Notes under the pieces: generated by a model
Database searches by the model: none
What the model was told of the DNA's origin: nothing
Seen by the model: only the letters and a program-made list of their open reading frames with translations
In this document: positions 27,711 to 37,754 of the stretch, in pieces
How positions within the stretch are numbered: the stretch's first letter is position 1
How the letters are laid out: every line of letters starts with the position of its first letter
IMG/VR virus record: IMGVR_UViG_3300021185_003122
Location: 1 to 64,000 of that record
Strand: one strand, 5' to 3'
Source: a virus
DNA length: 64,000 nucleotides
Translations under genes and position numbers: made by a program

Positions 27711-28886
27711 TTATATTAAATTTGCTGCTTTATTTACTTTCATAAATAATCTATCAATAACAGGAGCATGACCACAATTTTCAACACATAAAATACATTT
27801 GCCATCTTCTATAGATTTATCCCATCCTTTATAAAAGAAAGAATCAAACGTTTTAAAGATATCTGAGTATTCAGTACTGTTTAAGTTTACTTTATCAGGT
27901 CCTCCTACTCCTTGAAGTAGTTGATTAGGAATTTCTGAACCAGCAGCATTATCTGCTAGAGCATATCCTGTATAACAACATGGAAGTAATACTCCGTTAG
28001 GAGTAAGGTATAGACCTTTATGCTTATCACTATCAACTTCACATTGAATTGAAGTATTATCTAAATGAGAATATTTAGAGTAATCAATATCCATAGGTTT
28101 GTATTCAGGAAGTTTATTGTACTTTAAAATTTTATTTACATCAATTGAGTCACTTCCTTTTTTAATCTTCTTCATGCTTTTAGATAAATGAGATTTAGGA
28201 AGAGATATACTATAAACCTTTTTACCTTCTTTATCATATACAGGAGTATCCCATGTAAGATTATTAACTTGATCTTCCATACCTAATGATCTTTTAGGAG
28301 CAAAAAACTTAAAACCAAGATTAGTAGATAATTTTTTAGCATCATCTATCTGATGTTCATTATGTTCAAATGTAATAAAGTCCCACTGAGCTGTTCCACC
28401 ATTATCAATAAATGCTTTTACATTGTCCATTAGTTTAGACCATTTAACATTTCTTCTATAAAGGTGATTAGTATCTTCTAGTCCATCTATTCCAAAAATA
28501 ACTAAATGAGATTTAAATAATTTAAGATAAGAAGCTAACTCTTTCCAGAATTTAGGATTACGATTTCCTCCATTAGAATTAACTGATATGTGCATATCCT
28601 TTCTAATATTAGCTACATAACCAATTATATCTAAAATATATGGGTTAGAACAAGGATCTCCATAGTCTCCACATAATTTTAACTCTTTTACTTTTTTAAT
28701 TATGTTTGGACCAAGCCATTTATCTAAATTTTCAACAGTTAAGTCTTCTAATTTAAGTTGAGGATGTTTTACAGGAGTTCCTGGAATAAATCTAGCACAT
28801 ATAGGACAAGCGGCATTACATCTAGTTGTTGCCTCAATATGAATGTAGTATTCTACTTCTGATCTATTATGGGAATTAGTCCACAT
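27711..28886 (-). CDS. Radical SAM enzyme with SPASM/twitch domain
   Basis: CNAACPIC motif; GDYGDP; C-terminal C...G.LLPCCY...CILCVENC. Confidence 0.85.
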   Translation of the reverse strand: MWTNSHNRSEVEYYIHIEATTRCNAACPICARFIPGTPVKHPQLKLEDLTVENLDKWLGPNIIKKVKELKLCGDYGDPCSNPYILDIIGYVANIRKDMHISVNSNGGNRNPKFWKELASYLKLFKSHLVIFGIDGLEDTNHLYRRNVKWSKLMDNVKAFIDNGGTAQWDFITFEHNEHQIDDAKKLSTNLGFKFFAPKRSLGMEDQVNNLTWDTPVYDKEGKKVYSISLPKSHLSKSMKKIKKGSDSIDVNKILKYNKLPEYKPMDIDYSKYSHLDNTSIQCEVDSDKHKGLYLTPNGVLLPCCYTGYALADNAAGSEIPNQLLQGVGGPDKVNLNSTEYSDIFKTFDSFFYKGWDKSIEDGKCILCVENCGHAPVIDRLFMKVNKAANLI

Positions 28887-29683
28887 TAATTACTTAGAGG
28901 AGCTTTTATAGATGGATGACTTTTGTAATTAATTAAATCTACATCGAAGTCTCCTGTATAAATATTAAAGCAAACAACTTTAGCTTCCGGAAGGTCATAA
29001 GAATATCTGTCTAATTGCTTTTCTGCTTGCTCTAAATGATTGGTATATAAATGAACATCTCCAAAGTTGCCTATCAGCTCTCCAGGTTCTAATCTAGTCT
29101 CTTTACATAGTAACAACAGTAACAAACCGTAACTACTAATGTTAAACGGTACTCCTAAGAATAGGTCAGCACTTCTTTGATTCCACATAAGAGAGAGCTT
29201 ACCATCTGCTACATAACATTGAAAAGAGTAATGGCATGGAGGAAGAGTCATCTTATCTAAATCTTCTACATTCCAACTATCAACCAAATGTCTTCTACTA
29301 TCTGGATTGCTTATAATTCCTGTAATCAGATTCTCTAGCTGATCAATACCATTTATGTCTCTCCATTGCTTACCGTATATAGGTCCTAACTCTCCATCTG
29401 TTCTACCAGACTTCTTATAATCACCATCCCATATCTTACAGTTATTATCTTGAAGATACTTAATATTAGTATCACCTCTTAAGAACCATTTCAACTCAGT
29501 AACCATAGTCTTAAATGCAATCTTCTTAGTAGTCAAGATAGGAAAACCATCTGACATATCATGTCTGATTGATGCTCCGAAGATAGATTTAGTACCTGTT
29601 CCGGTCCTATCAGTTTTAACAACTCCTCTAGTAAGAACTTGTTTGAGAAGTTTCTGATAGTCGTTGTCTAAACTATTAGCCAT
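28886..29683 (-). CDS. thyA: Thymidylate synthase
   Basis: DRTGTGT, FPILTTKK, LGPIYGKQWR, LPPCH, QRSADLFLGVPFNI, GDVHLYTNH. Confidence 0.97.
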   Translation of the reverse strand: MANSLDNDYQKLLKQVLTRGVVKTDRTGTGTKSIFGASIRHDMSDGFPILTTKKIAFKTMVTELKWFLRGDTNIKYLQDNNCKIWDGDYKKSGRTDGELGPIYGKQWRDINGIDQLENLITGIISNPDSRRHLVDSWNVEDLDKMTLPPCHYSFQCYVADGKLSLMWNQRSADLFLGVPFNISSYGLLLLLLCKETRLEPGELIGNFGDVHLYTNHLEQAEKQLDRYSYDLPEAKVVCFNIYTGDFDVDLINYKSHPSIKAPLSN

Positions 29684-29864
29684 ATATTAGGACTCTTTCT
29701 TGTTTAGCTTCATTTACTAAAGCTCTTTTAAGAGTTTTACCAAAAGGTCTTTTAGATACCTGTTCGAAAGTTAATCCCTCTACCGTTATGTGATAGCCAG
29801 GAATGACTGATTCAGATATTCTAGCGTTTATTTTAGTTGGGGCTATAAAGTATAATTTTTGCAT
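29676..29864 (-). CDS. Hypothetical protein
   Basis: Class I promoter at ~29881-29914. Confidence 0.55.
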   Translation of the reverse strand: MQKLYFIAPTKINARISESVIPGYHITVEGLTFEQVSKRPFGKTLKRALVNEAKQERVLIYG

Positions 29865-29912
29865 AACATTTTATTTATACTCTAATATAGGAATAAATTA
29901 TATAACATCCAA

Positions 29913-30332
29913 CTATATCAACGAGGAATTTGGTTTAAGTTTAGTCCCCTCAAAGTCAAAATCTTCTATGCCATACTTATCATATTGATCTAGAGGAAGA
30001 TTAATTAACTTAGCTACTTCTATATAGTCTACCGTTATTTCTTCATTCTCTTTTATAAGTTTAGTACTTATTAAGAATATATTATTACCTAGGAGAGACA
30101 CCTTGCTATTAGGAGAGCTACTATGATTAGCATACCTTGCTATAGGAATAGATTCTATCCATCCATCATATAGAACTCTACCTTCTATAATAGGAATAAG
30201 ATCCTTACTTAAATAAAATCCAATATTAGTTTCTGGAATGATGTTATAAGAGGCTAAAAGTCCTTTACCTCTTGGAGGAGTATCTCCAACTCTAAATAAT
30301 ACTTTTTGCTTGTTCAAAATGCTCTTCTTCAA
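29913..30332 (-). CDS. SET-domain protein (putative lysine methyltransferase)
   Basis: GKGLLA, RYANHSSSPN, IKENEEITVDY motifs. Confidence 0.85.
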   Translation of the reverse strand: MKKSILNKQKVLFRVGDTPPRGKGLLASYNIIPETNIGFYLSKDLIPIIEGRVLYDGWIESIPIARYANHSSSPNSKVSLLGNNIFLISTKLIKENEEITVDYIEVAKLINLPLDQYDKYGIEDFDFEGTKLKPNSSLI

Positions 30333-30882
30333 AAAATATAATTAAAGCATACCTGCTTCCTTCAGTAACTTCAGTTACTAAATGTTCATAAGTAGGAGGA
30401 AACATAATACAGTTACCTAATTCTCTTCCTGCATCTCCATAGGTAGTCATTTTCAAAGTACCTCCATTATATTCATCTGAGTCAGATAATTGAGCAGAAA
30501 AAGACCTATAGATTATTTGGCTTCCATATTTGGAGAAGTCAACATGCTTTGTTAACTTATGACCGATTCCATACTTCATTATTTTGATAGTAGGACAGGA
30601 GCTGATGCCCCAATCCTGTAATCTATCTACTATAAAATCTTTGAGTGTTTGGTCTTCGGTTTCAATCCAAGTAGCGTTACTATCCTTTCGCCATCTTACA
30701 ATAAGAGTACCATCAGCATTAACTTCTTCTTCTCCAATCTCTCTATTGTACTTAGCTCTTCCTTGTTTGATAGTATCTACTAAAGTGAGAGTATCATGTC
30801 CCTCAACCTCTTTAGAATTATCATAAAAACTTCTTATATACGCACAGTCTTCTGGCGAGAATAAAACCTTTTGTTGAAACAT
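30292..30882 (-). CDS. 2OG-Fe(II) oxygenase (prolyl-hydroxylase-like)
   Basis: KY..G...KHVD...LSD..EYNGG.L...FP...EH.VT.VT.GSRY. Confidence 0.85.
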   Translation of the reverse strand: MFQQKVLFSPEDCAYIRSFYDNSKEVEGHDTLTLVDTIKQGRAKYNREIGEEEVNADGTLIVRWRKDSNATWIETEDQTLKDFIVDRLQDWGISSCPTIKIMKYGIGHKLTKHVDFSKYGSQIIYRSFSAQLSDSDEYNGGTLKMTTYGDAGRELGNCIMFPPTYEHLVTEVTEGSRYALIIFFEEEHFEQAKSII

Positions 30883-30885
30883 ATA

Positions 30886-31026
30886 TTACGAATGCTTAGC
30901 CTTGAAGTAAGTAATAAAGTTATTTAAGATACTAGCAGATTGAGTTTTCTTATCAGAAGCAGGTTCTGTAATACTTCTCTGCTGTACGTCTGTTTTCCAA
31001 TTAAATGTTTTATATACGTTTGGCAT
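30886..31026 (-). CDS. Small hypothetical protein (46 aa)
   Basis: Not in ORF track: MPNVYKTFNWKTDVQQRSITEPASDKKTQSASILNNFITYFKAKHS; fills the operon gap. Confidence 0.55.
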   Translation of the reverse strand: MPNVYKTFNWKTDVQQRSITEPASDKKTQSASILNNFITYFKAKHS

Positions 31027-31028
31027 AA

Positions 31029-33245
31029 TTATACTAATTTATGATTTACTTTAAGGTCTTGTCTGTTGAATACTTCGTTAAGAGAGTCATTATCACCTAA
31101 TCCTGATACTATATGACCATCAACTATAAAGTTGTGCTCACTTTCGAATAGCTTATCACCATCTACTTCTAGGTTGTACCAGTTAGTAATATACATTTGC
31201 TCTACCTCTCCTACCTTATCTAGTGTAGTCCAGTTATTATCTACTAATACTGGGTGTTGAGGTTCTCCAATCATATTCTCTGTCTTAACTACATCTACTA
31301 CTGCTTCAGTTGGGTGAACTAATGCTTTAGTAACTATACCTTCGACAAACTCTCCATTTCTAAATGATTTTACTTTATCTCCTTCTACTACTTCTCCAAT
31401 TGGTTTAGTAGTTCCATCAAACATCTCTACTTGAGAATCGTAAGTAAAACATTTCCAGTTATGTACTAAGTATCCGTTAGCATAGAAATTATAGTTATCA
31501 GCAACGTCATCTAATCTATATACAGTTACTTCTCCTTCTTGAACTTCTATTCCTTTTACTTCTACTTCGTTATTGTCTTTAGATACTAATTTATCTCCTT
31601 CTGTTAAGTCTTGAGCAACTGTCCAGCCTTTTCCAGCAACATATAATCTATGAAGAGGAGTAGAAATAATCTCATCTCCTTCTAGAGTTACCTTAATAAC
31701 TTTATCTACTTGACTTGACTTAACACTTCCTACTGTAGCTGGCTCTCCTTCTCCTGTTTTTTCATTCCAAGATAAAAGCTCATCTCCTGATACTACATCT
31801 TCGATGTTTTTAGTATCTCCATTAGATAGAGTAATTACTGTACCTGCAGGGAAACAGTTGTGAGTTACAATCTTCAAGTGAGTGTTTTCATCTGCAAGGA
31901 AGAATGTATCTGTAGTTTCCATATCTACAACGTGTACATTATATGATCCGCTTAATACTTCAGCTTCATTACTAGCAATTGGAACTAATGAACCAGAACT
32001 ATTAATTAATGAATGGACAGCTGGATCAACATCTACTAATGTTTCATACTTTAACTTATTAGAACCTGACTCATGTACTAAGATAGCAGATGCTCCTGAT
32101 ATTCTAATAGGTCCACTTCCTGATGGTGTTAAGTTAAAGATAATTCCATATGGTAATGAAAGCTCTACGTTATTAATAAGAACTGAGCTAGTAATGTAAG
32201 AACCAGAAGGTAAATCTGAACCTGCATGTTCCCATTCTAGATATTCTGTAGCAACATCACTATCAGGTGAACCTGAAATGAAATATGATTTAAATGTATC
32301 ACTTACAGCTGCTCCTGAAATAGCTACGATAGTTCCATCATCTTTTACTAATTCTTCTTCTTCAAATATTCCACCGTAATCAGTTCCTACACCAAATACT
32401 GGAGTGTTAGTTGCAAATTCAAAGTAATGTTGATTACCAAATTGATGAGCTAATTGAGAGTCAGAAGCATCTGTAGAAGTTGGTTTTTCTAGAACTGCTT
32501 CAGTTTCTGTGTATGCAAGAATGCTTTGCGATAAAGCTGTACCATAAACAACACTGTATAATCTAGTTGATACTGCTTTACTTCCAGAAACATTTTCGTA
32601 ATAATTTTGAATTAATGAATTACCATCCTTAATTTCATCAATAAAATTAGTATATCTATCATCTGAACCAGAAGTAGAATGACCAATCTTATAAAACTTT
32701 AATGGTTGGTACATAGTAGTAGTTGTATCTTTAACTACAATGTCAGGCATGTTAGATGAATTAAAAGTTCTATCTAAAGTATCTACTACTCCTTCTGAAG
32801 AAGAATAGTAATAAGATGCTGCTGATCCTGAATCATTATTGTCATAAAATAATTCTAATATGTTTAGATTATTTTTTGCGTATGTACTGTCTAAGATTGC
32901 TGCTTCATCATATGCCAGTCTTAAAATAAACTTACTATCACTATCCGAAATAGATGTAGGATAGATAGTAGTTCCTTCTTCAATAGTTTTATTGAAGGTT
33001 AATGCTGAACCAGTATAGTCTGATGCTATACTAGATGAGAAGTGATTTACAAAGTCAGTTTGATGATCTTTGTAAACTACATGAATCTCAGTAATATTGT
33101 TTGAGTCCCATACTGGGTATAGGGATGAATAGTCGAAATGCGTAAAGGCAGCTGATGCAATACCTGTATCAGTGTTTATTTCTAAAAGCCTTAGGTTATC
33201 CGAACTATCTGTTGCAAAGTCTGCTGAAAATAAGGTACCTTTCAT
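31029..33245 (-). CDS. Protein with ATP-grasp-like N-terminus and tandem Hint (intein-like) domains
   Basis: SADF...LLEINT; VTHN|CFPAGT...TPLHRLY...NFYANGYLVHN; WK|CFTYDSQV...HPV...YNLEV...HNFIVDG. Confidence 0.75.
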   Translation of the reverse strand: MKGTLFSADFATDSSDNLRLLEINTDTGIASAAFTHFDYSSLYPVWDSNNITEIHVVYKDHQTDFVNHFSSSIASDYTGSALTFNKTIEEGTTIYPTSISDSDSKFILRLAYDEAAILDSTYAKNNLNILELFYDNNDSGSAASYYYSSSEGVVDTLDRTFNSSNMPDIVVKDTTTTMYQPLKFYKIGHSTSGSDDRYTNFIDEIKDGNSLIQNYYENVSGSKAVSTRLYSVVYGTALSQSILAYTETEAVLEKPTSTDASDSQLAHQFGNQHYFEFATNTPVFGVGTDYGGIFEEEELVKDDGTIVAISGAAVSDTFKSYFISGSPDSDVATEYLEWEHAGSDLPSGSYITSSVLINNVELSLPYGIIFNLTPSGSGPIRISGASAILVHESGSNKLKYETLVDVDPAVHSLINSSGSLVPIASNEAEVLSGSYNVHVVDMETTDTFFLADENTHLKIVTHNCFPAGTVITLSNGDTKNIEDVVSGDELLSWNEKTGEGEPATVGSVKSSQVDKVIKVTLEGDEIISTPLHRLYVAGKGWTVAQDLTEGDKLVSKDNNEVEVKGIEVQEGEVTVYRLDDVADNYNFYANGYLVHNWKCFTYDSQVEMFDGTTKPIGEVVEGDKVKSFRNGEFVEGIVTKALVHPTEAVVDVVKTENMIGEPQHPVLVDNNWTTLDKVGEVEQMYITNWYNLEVDGDKLFESEHNFIVDGHIVSGLGDNDSLNEVFNRQDLKVNHKLV

Positions 33246-33287
33246 AGTGTTGTTAGTTAAATCTAGATTTACTTATAAATATCATGT

Positions 33288-33629
33288 TTAGGCAAATAAA
33301 TGACGAATCCATGCAATTAATCCATTAATATTTAATGCAACCAAGTTCCATTGCTTTCTAGAAGCTGTTTGAATCATTACACAGACGAATCCTATAATAT
33401 AAAATATAGGTTCTATAGTCCATTGAGCAGCTATTAAGAATCCTGTTCCCATATAGCCTACCCTTGAAGCAAACTTCTCATATGAAGATAGTTTACGTCT
33501 ATATGATAAATATCTTAAAAATGATCGATACCAACGAAACTCACACTGAGAGCAGGTGAGCTTTTTTGGAGTCTTGAAGTGTTTTTCAAGCTTTAGTTTA
33601 TTACATTTGTTACATTTACGCTTAACCAT
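33288..33629 (-). CDS. Zn-finger plus membrane domain protein
   Basis: CNKC...CSQC followed by hydrophobic helices. Confidence 0.5.
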   Translation of the reverse strand: MVKRKCNKCNKLKLEKHFKTPKKLTCSQCEFRWYRSFLRYLSYRRKLSSYEKFASRVGYMGTGFLIAAQWTIEPIFYIIGFVCVMIQTASRKQWNLVALNINGLIAWIRHLFA

Positions 33630-33837
33630 ATATGTTAATATAGCACTTTTTACACAATTGACCAGCGCCTTCTACATAAAAGTTTCTAAAGTGTATATTA
33701 GTACCTCTTGTATATTCTGTATCTTCCCAACAGGTAACACATTTTTCAAAAGTATCTGGTATCATATCTTCATCTATGTAATGAGCTCCTGAACTACACA
33801 TCGCAGTCTTCTTTATGTTTACTAAACCATCCTCCAC
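33622..33837 (-). CDS. Small C4 zinc-binding protein (start probably ATG 33801)
   Basis: CVTC...YVEGAGQLCKKC. Confidence 0.55.
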   Translation of the reverse strand: MEDGLVNIKKTAMCSSGAHYIDEDMIPDTFEKCVTCWEDTEYTRGTNIHFRNFYVEGAGQLCKKCYINIYG

Positions 33838-33958
33838 ACTTACATTTAATCCAGTAAGTCGTAGTAGCTATTAATGGTGAAGCAGCAGCGGCAGTCCAAA
33901 TGTTTGGGTGCCAATGCTCTCCACAAAATCCTAACGTATGTCTTATAACTTCTACCAT
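33794..33958 (-). CDS. Small hypothetical protein (54 aa)
   Basis: Not in ORF track: MVEVIRHTLGFCGEHWHPNIWT...; TAATG overlap with the DUF932 gene. Confidence 0.55.
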   Translation of the reverse strand: MVEVIRHTLGFCGEHWHPNIWTAAAASPLIATTTYWIKCKCGGWFSKHKEDCDV

Positions 33959-34800
33959 TATACTAATGCTGTAGCTAACTTAAACAACTCTTTATTTACT
34001 TTCATATCCTTCTCAAAGGATTTGATCTTTCTAACCTTTCTAACTTTAGCACCTCTCAATGCAGCATGAAACTCTCCTTGAGTAATCTTCTCTTGAACTA
34101 CATTGAAGACTCTCCAAAGGTCATCTCCTTTATCAGCATCTCTTTTAGGGTCTAAAATATCTTCTATAGTTTCAGCATCATAATCAAACTTGGTAGCTTC
34201 TTCACTGCCTGGAGTAATATTAGCTCTAATTAACATAGCATCTAAAGCTAGTTTATTCTTCTCTTCTTGAGTAAGAACTCTATCCTTCATATCATTCATA
34301 ACCTTAACCTTATTAGGAAGATCAGCTACAGCTTGATTGACTACGCCTCTCAACTCATCAAACGTATAACCTTTATGCTTAATCTTAAAGTCACTAAACT
34401 GTTCATCAGCAACAACTAAACCATTAGAACATACTAATCTAAATATACCAACGCTAAACTTAAACGCTTGCATACCATCATGAGAGTTAGTCATAATAAT
34501 TCTAGGAAAAGAATCATCACCGTCACTACCTTTAATTTTAATCTCAGGGTTCTGGAAAGCAATCATATGCTTACTAAATATAGTACCATTACCTCTGCCT
34601 TTTCTTTGAGCAGCTTGAACCGGTTTCCAACCTAACTTATCTAAATCATCTATAATCGTTTCAGTATTAACGAATAGATATCTTTTACTAACATCTGGGT
34701 TAGTAGGAGCCTCAGCGAACGCTAGAGGACAAACTTCTTTTAATTGTTCCTTACTCATATAATCTTGAGCACTATTGAAACTTAACATAACATCTGACAT
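33958..34800 (-). CDS. DUF932/DUF945-family protein
   Basis: PRIIMTNSHDG...FRLVCSNGLV...DLWRVFNVVQEK; class I promoter at ~34823-34856. Confidence 0.85.
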   Translation of the reverse strand: MSDVMLSFNSAQDYMSKEQLKEVCPLAFAEAPTNPDVSKRYLFVNTETIIDDLDKLGWKPVQAAQRKGRGNGTIFSKHMIAFQNPEIKIKGSDGDDSFPRIIMTNSHDGMQAFKFSVGIFRLVCSNGLVVADEQFSDFKIKHKGYTFDELRGVVNQAVADLPNKVKVMNDMKDRVLTQEEKNKLALDAMLIRANITPGSEEATKFDYDAETIEDILDPKRDADKGDDLWRVFNVVQEKITQGEFHAALRGAKVRKVRKIKSFEKDMKVNKELFKLATALV

Positions 34801-34862
34801 AACTTATTTATTTTTATTTATTATTAATATACGAATTATCTTTGTAACTACCAACTAATTGA

Positions 34863-35603
34863 CTAACTTTCTGCACCTATAGTACCTTGCCAGCCAACTC
34901 TATTTCTATTCTGTAAGCTAAATAACCTTACAGACATATCTCCTCCTCTACGATTTTTAGAGAAGTAAAAGGTTCTTTCACCTTCTTTAGTCCATTCCAT
35001 ATGAGCCATTCCAGTCATCATATGTTTGAATCTATTACTTCCGGCAAACTCTCCACCTTTAGTAACTTGCTGAATAACTAGAAATGCAGTATTGATATTA
35101 GCATCGTTTTCACCTAAGTTATGTTTTTCGAATAAATTAAGTAATTCAGTTTCAGCTTTTTTAGATGACATCCATCCTTTGTGAGTATCTACTATAGCAT
35201 TTTGAACCTCAGCCATAGAGTCAATTAGAACAACATCCCATCCTTTTGACAGAATATCATTACATACATCTAAGGCATTCTCTTCAGCATAGTCACCCAT
35301 AAATAAAATAGGAAGATCACCAAACTTAGGATATCTTTTCACATACCCGTACATATCTATGCTATTCATCTCTCCGGAAATAAACAGTACCTTCTTACCT
35401 TGCTTTTCTAAGTCAGCTAACATATCCATCATAACAGTAGTCTTTCCTATTCCAGGATCACCTACGATAGCATAGTTAGTTCCTTTCATCAAACCTCCTT
35501 GTGATGAAAAATGTGAATCAACGATTCGTCCTGATTTCATTGGACGAAATAGAGAAGGATCGAATGTTACGTCCTTCATTTTTACAGTACTAATTGTTTT
35601 CAT
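34863..35603 (-). CDS. RadA/Sms-like RecA-family ATPase
   Basis: GDPGIGKTT, LFISGE, VLIDS, QVTKGGEFAG...H, KNRRG; class I promoter at ~35618-35651. Confidence 0.85.
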   Translation of the reverse strand: MKTISTVKMKDVTFDPSLFRPMKSGRIVDSHFSSQGGLMKGTNYAIVGDPGIGKTTVMMDMLADLEKQGKKVLFISGEMNSIDMYGYVKRYPKFGDLPILFMGDYAEENALDVCNDILSKGWDVVLIDSMAEVQNAIVDTHKGWMSSKKAETELLNLFEKHNLGENDANINTAFLVIQQVTKGGEFAGSNRFKHMMTGMAHMEWTKEGERTFYFSKNRRGGDMSVRLFSLQNRNRVGWQGTIGAES

Positions 35604-35653
35604 AACCTTTATTTGACATAAATATACGAACTTTATCTCAGTAAGCCAACTTT

Positions 35654-36913
35654 TTAACTGACTATTTTAATAAATTTTCCACCTGAGTATTTCCATTTTA
35701 TATTATTAGAGAAATCATTTGAAGTAAAATAAATTTCTCCATCCTTATTATAAATGGACATCCAATAGATCCATCCCCTTTGTGGATTATCAACATAAGA
35801 TCTTGCTTCATTGACTCCATAATCAAAATAGTTAAAAGTAACATCAGTCAATGTTGCTCCATCTATGACTTGAATAAATGTACTTTCATAAAATGGATCT
35901 ATTTGAGTTCTAGTTAAAAATATTTCCATTATATTATCTCCATTCATATCATAAAAATCTATATCAGTTATAACACTCCAAGGAGATAGAGATGGAAGCT
36001 CTATTATATCATGATAACCTTCTGATGAGCCTTTAATAATAACAGATGGGGTAACGTCTCCTCCTAAGTAATCTTGTTCATGACCTGCTAGAAATATATC
36101 ATTATATCCATCATTGTCATAATCAACTATCTCAGTAGAAAATTTCATCTGGAATTTATACTTATCATCATTACCTCCTATATAGTTATAGAATAAAATA
36201 TTATTATTATCATAAGAATCATAAGTTTCTTGCCTTAACGGAACTAAATCGAAACTACCTCCATTATTATAAAGAATGTAAGACTTATCTATTCTAGGAG
36301 CTAAAGCAAGAATATCTAAATCACCATCGTTGTCTAAATCTCCTGAAGCAGTAGAATGAAAATATCCTATGTTACTTTCATATCTAGTTTCTGTAAAAGT
36401 ACCGTCTCCATTATTCATAAGAAGTACATTATGCTCTCCAGGCCAAGGTTCGTAATCTAATCCAGTACCAGCAAAAAACATATCAGGATAAGAATCTGAA
36501 TTAAAGTCATTGACTATGCCTTTCCTACCATGAACTAATCCATTGAATGAACCAGGAGAGTAATTTGTACTGAAGGTATTGTCTTTGTTGCCTTTTAAAA
36601 ATAGAAACTTATTAACATTAGTAGTACCGTAATCAGAGTTACTATCAACTATATCTAATATTCCATCATTATCAAAATCAAGCATAACTGCATCCAAAGG
36701 AGGACTCCAATTAGAAAACTCTCTGTAATTATAATCTACTTCCGGAAGCGGAATAGAAGTAAAGTAAGACGGTTTAGAATAATCTATATTAAAATTATCT
36801 ATTAGTTTATTTTCTATTGGTATTGGAGTAGGAGTAGGAAGAGGTTCATAAACATCTTCTTTACTACATCCAATTAGAAAAATTAATATTATAGAAGTTA
36901 AAAATTTATTCAT
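35654..36913 (-). CDS. Lipoprotein with FG-GAP/VCBS repeats
   Basis: LIGC lipobox; repeated DFDNDG.LDI / DLDNDGDLDI motifs. Confidence 0.8.
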   Translation of the reverse strand: MNKFLTSIILIFLIGCSKEDVYEPLPTPTPIPIENKLIDNFNIDYSKPSYFTSIPLPEVDYNYREFSNWSPPLDAVMLDFDNDGILDIVDSNSDYGTTNVNKFLFLKGNKDNTFSTNYSPGSFNGLVHGRKGIVNDFNSDSYPDMFFAGTGLDYEPWPGEHNVLLMNNGDGTFTETRYESNIGYFHSTASGDLDNDGDLDILALAPRIDKSYILYNNGGSFDLVPLRQETYDSYDNNNILFYNYIGGNDDKYKFQMKFSTEIVDYDNDGYNDIFLAGHEQDYLGGDVTPSVIIKGSSEGYHDIIELPSLSPWSVITDIDFYDMNGDNIMEIFLTRTQIDPFYESTFIQVIDGATLTDVTFNYFDYGVNEARSYVDNPQRGWIYWMSIYNKDGEIYFTSNDFSNNIKWKYSGGKFIKIVS

Positions 36914-36914
36914 A

Positions 36915-37703
36915 TTATAATTTTACGTTTGTAAAGGTTTCATGAATAGCTTTTAATGACTTTAATCTTACATCAGAAGATCTTCCTACTGCATGGTAAA
37001 TAAATGATTCATATTTGAACCTATTATCTTTCAGTAACTTTTTATTAATAACAAAGTCCTGATTTCTCTGACTGTATTTAGTATATGGTTCATAATTACC
37101 ATCTACATTCATTCTATTATATTTTGAATCTAATATTATTCTAGGAATATTTAACTTAACTATTAGATAACAAAGAACCATTTGTTCTGGCCAGTGAGAC
37201 ATCCATGCTACTTTAGAAAACTTATCAGTAAGATTATCGTTATCAAACAAATGCTTCATTTCTTTTGTGTAGACTACTACTCCGGAATTAAAACAAGATT
37301 CAATATCAAAATAATCTAGCCCAGTTCTAAACATCAATTCGGAATAATTTTGCATAAAGAATGAAATATCTAAATGAATCGAATTGGGAACTGCAGCAAC
37401 ATAGCCAGCAGGAACTTGTTCAAATAAATTAGGACAAATAGGATTTATATAGCATGTATCATCCAACCAGAGAACTTTATCATATCTCTCTAATGCTTCT
37501 TTAACCCATAATAATTTTTTAAGGTATGCTTTATTATTACTTCTACCTATTTTAAAATTATTTAGATCATCAGGAATTGTTATGTCACTACAAATGTGAA
37601 CATCGGCATCTACTTTTTTAGCATACTCATACATTGAGTAATAAGAATACTTTTTAAAAGGTCTGTTGCCTATACTTCCAGTAAGAATAACTTTGTTCTT
37701 CAT
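36915..37703 (-). CDS. GT-A glycosyltransferase (GT8/GT34-like)
   Basis: YDKVLWLDDT, FNSGVVV, EQ..L, IYHAVG; class I promoter at ~37721-37754. Confidence 0.7.
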   Translation of the reverse strand: MKNKVILTGSIGNRPFKKYSYYSMYEYAKKVDADVHICSDITIPDDLNNFKIGRSNNKAYLKKLLWVKEALERYDKVLWLDDTCYINPICPNLFEQVPAGYVAAVPNSIHLDISFFMQNYSELMFRTGLDYFDIESCFNSGVVVYTKEMKHLFDNDNLTDKFSKVAWMSHWPEQMVLCYLIVKLNIPRIILDSKYNRMNVDGNYEPYTKYSQRNQDFVINKKLLKDNRFKYESFIYHAVGRSSDVRLKSLKAIHETFTNVKL

Positions 37704-37754
37704 ATATAACCTTTATTGACATAAAGATAAGAAAAAAAAGTCACTTATCCAACT

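Noticed and set aside
27711-28886. Radical SAM protein as a viperin
   Set aside because: It lacks the viperin-type sequence context around CxxxCxxC and has a SPASM/twitch C-terminus typical of other phage radical SAMs.
31029-33245. Classical mobile inteins in a conserved host gene
   Set aside because: No homing endonuclease and no recognisable interrupted extein; the arrangement fits Hint/BIL-type domains.
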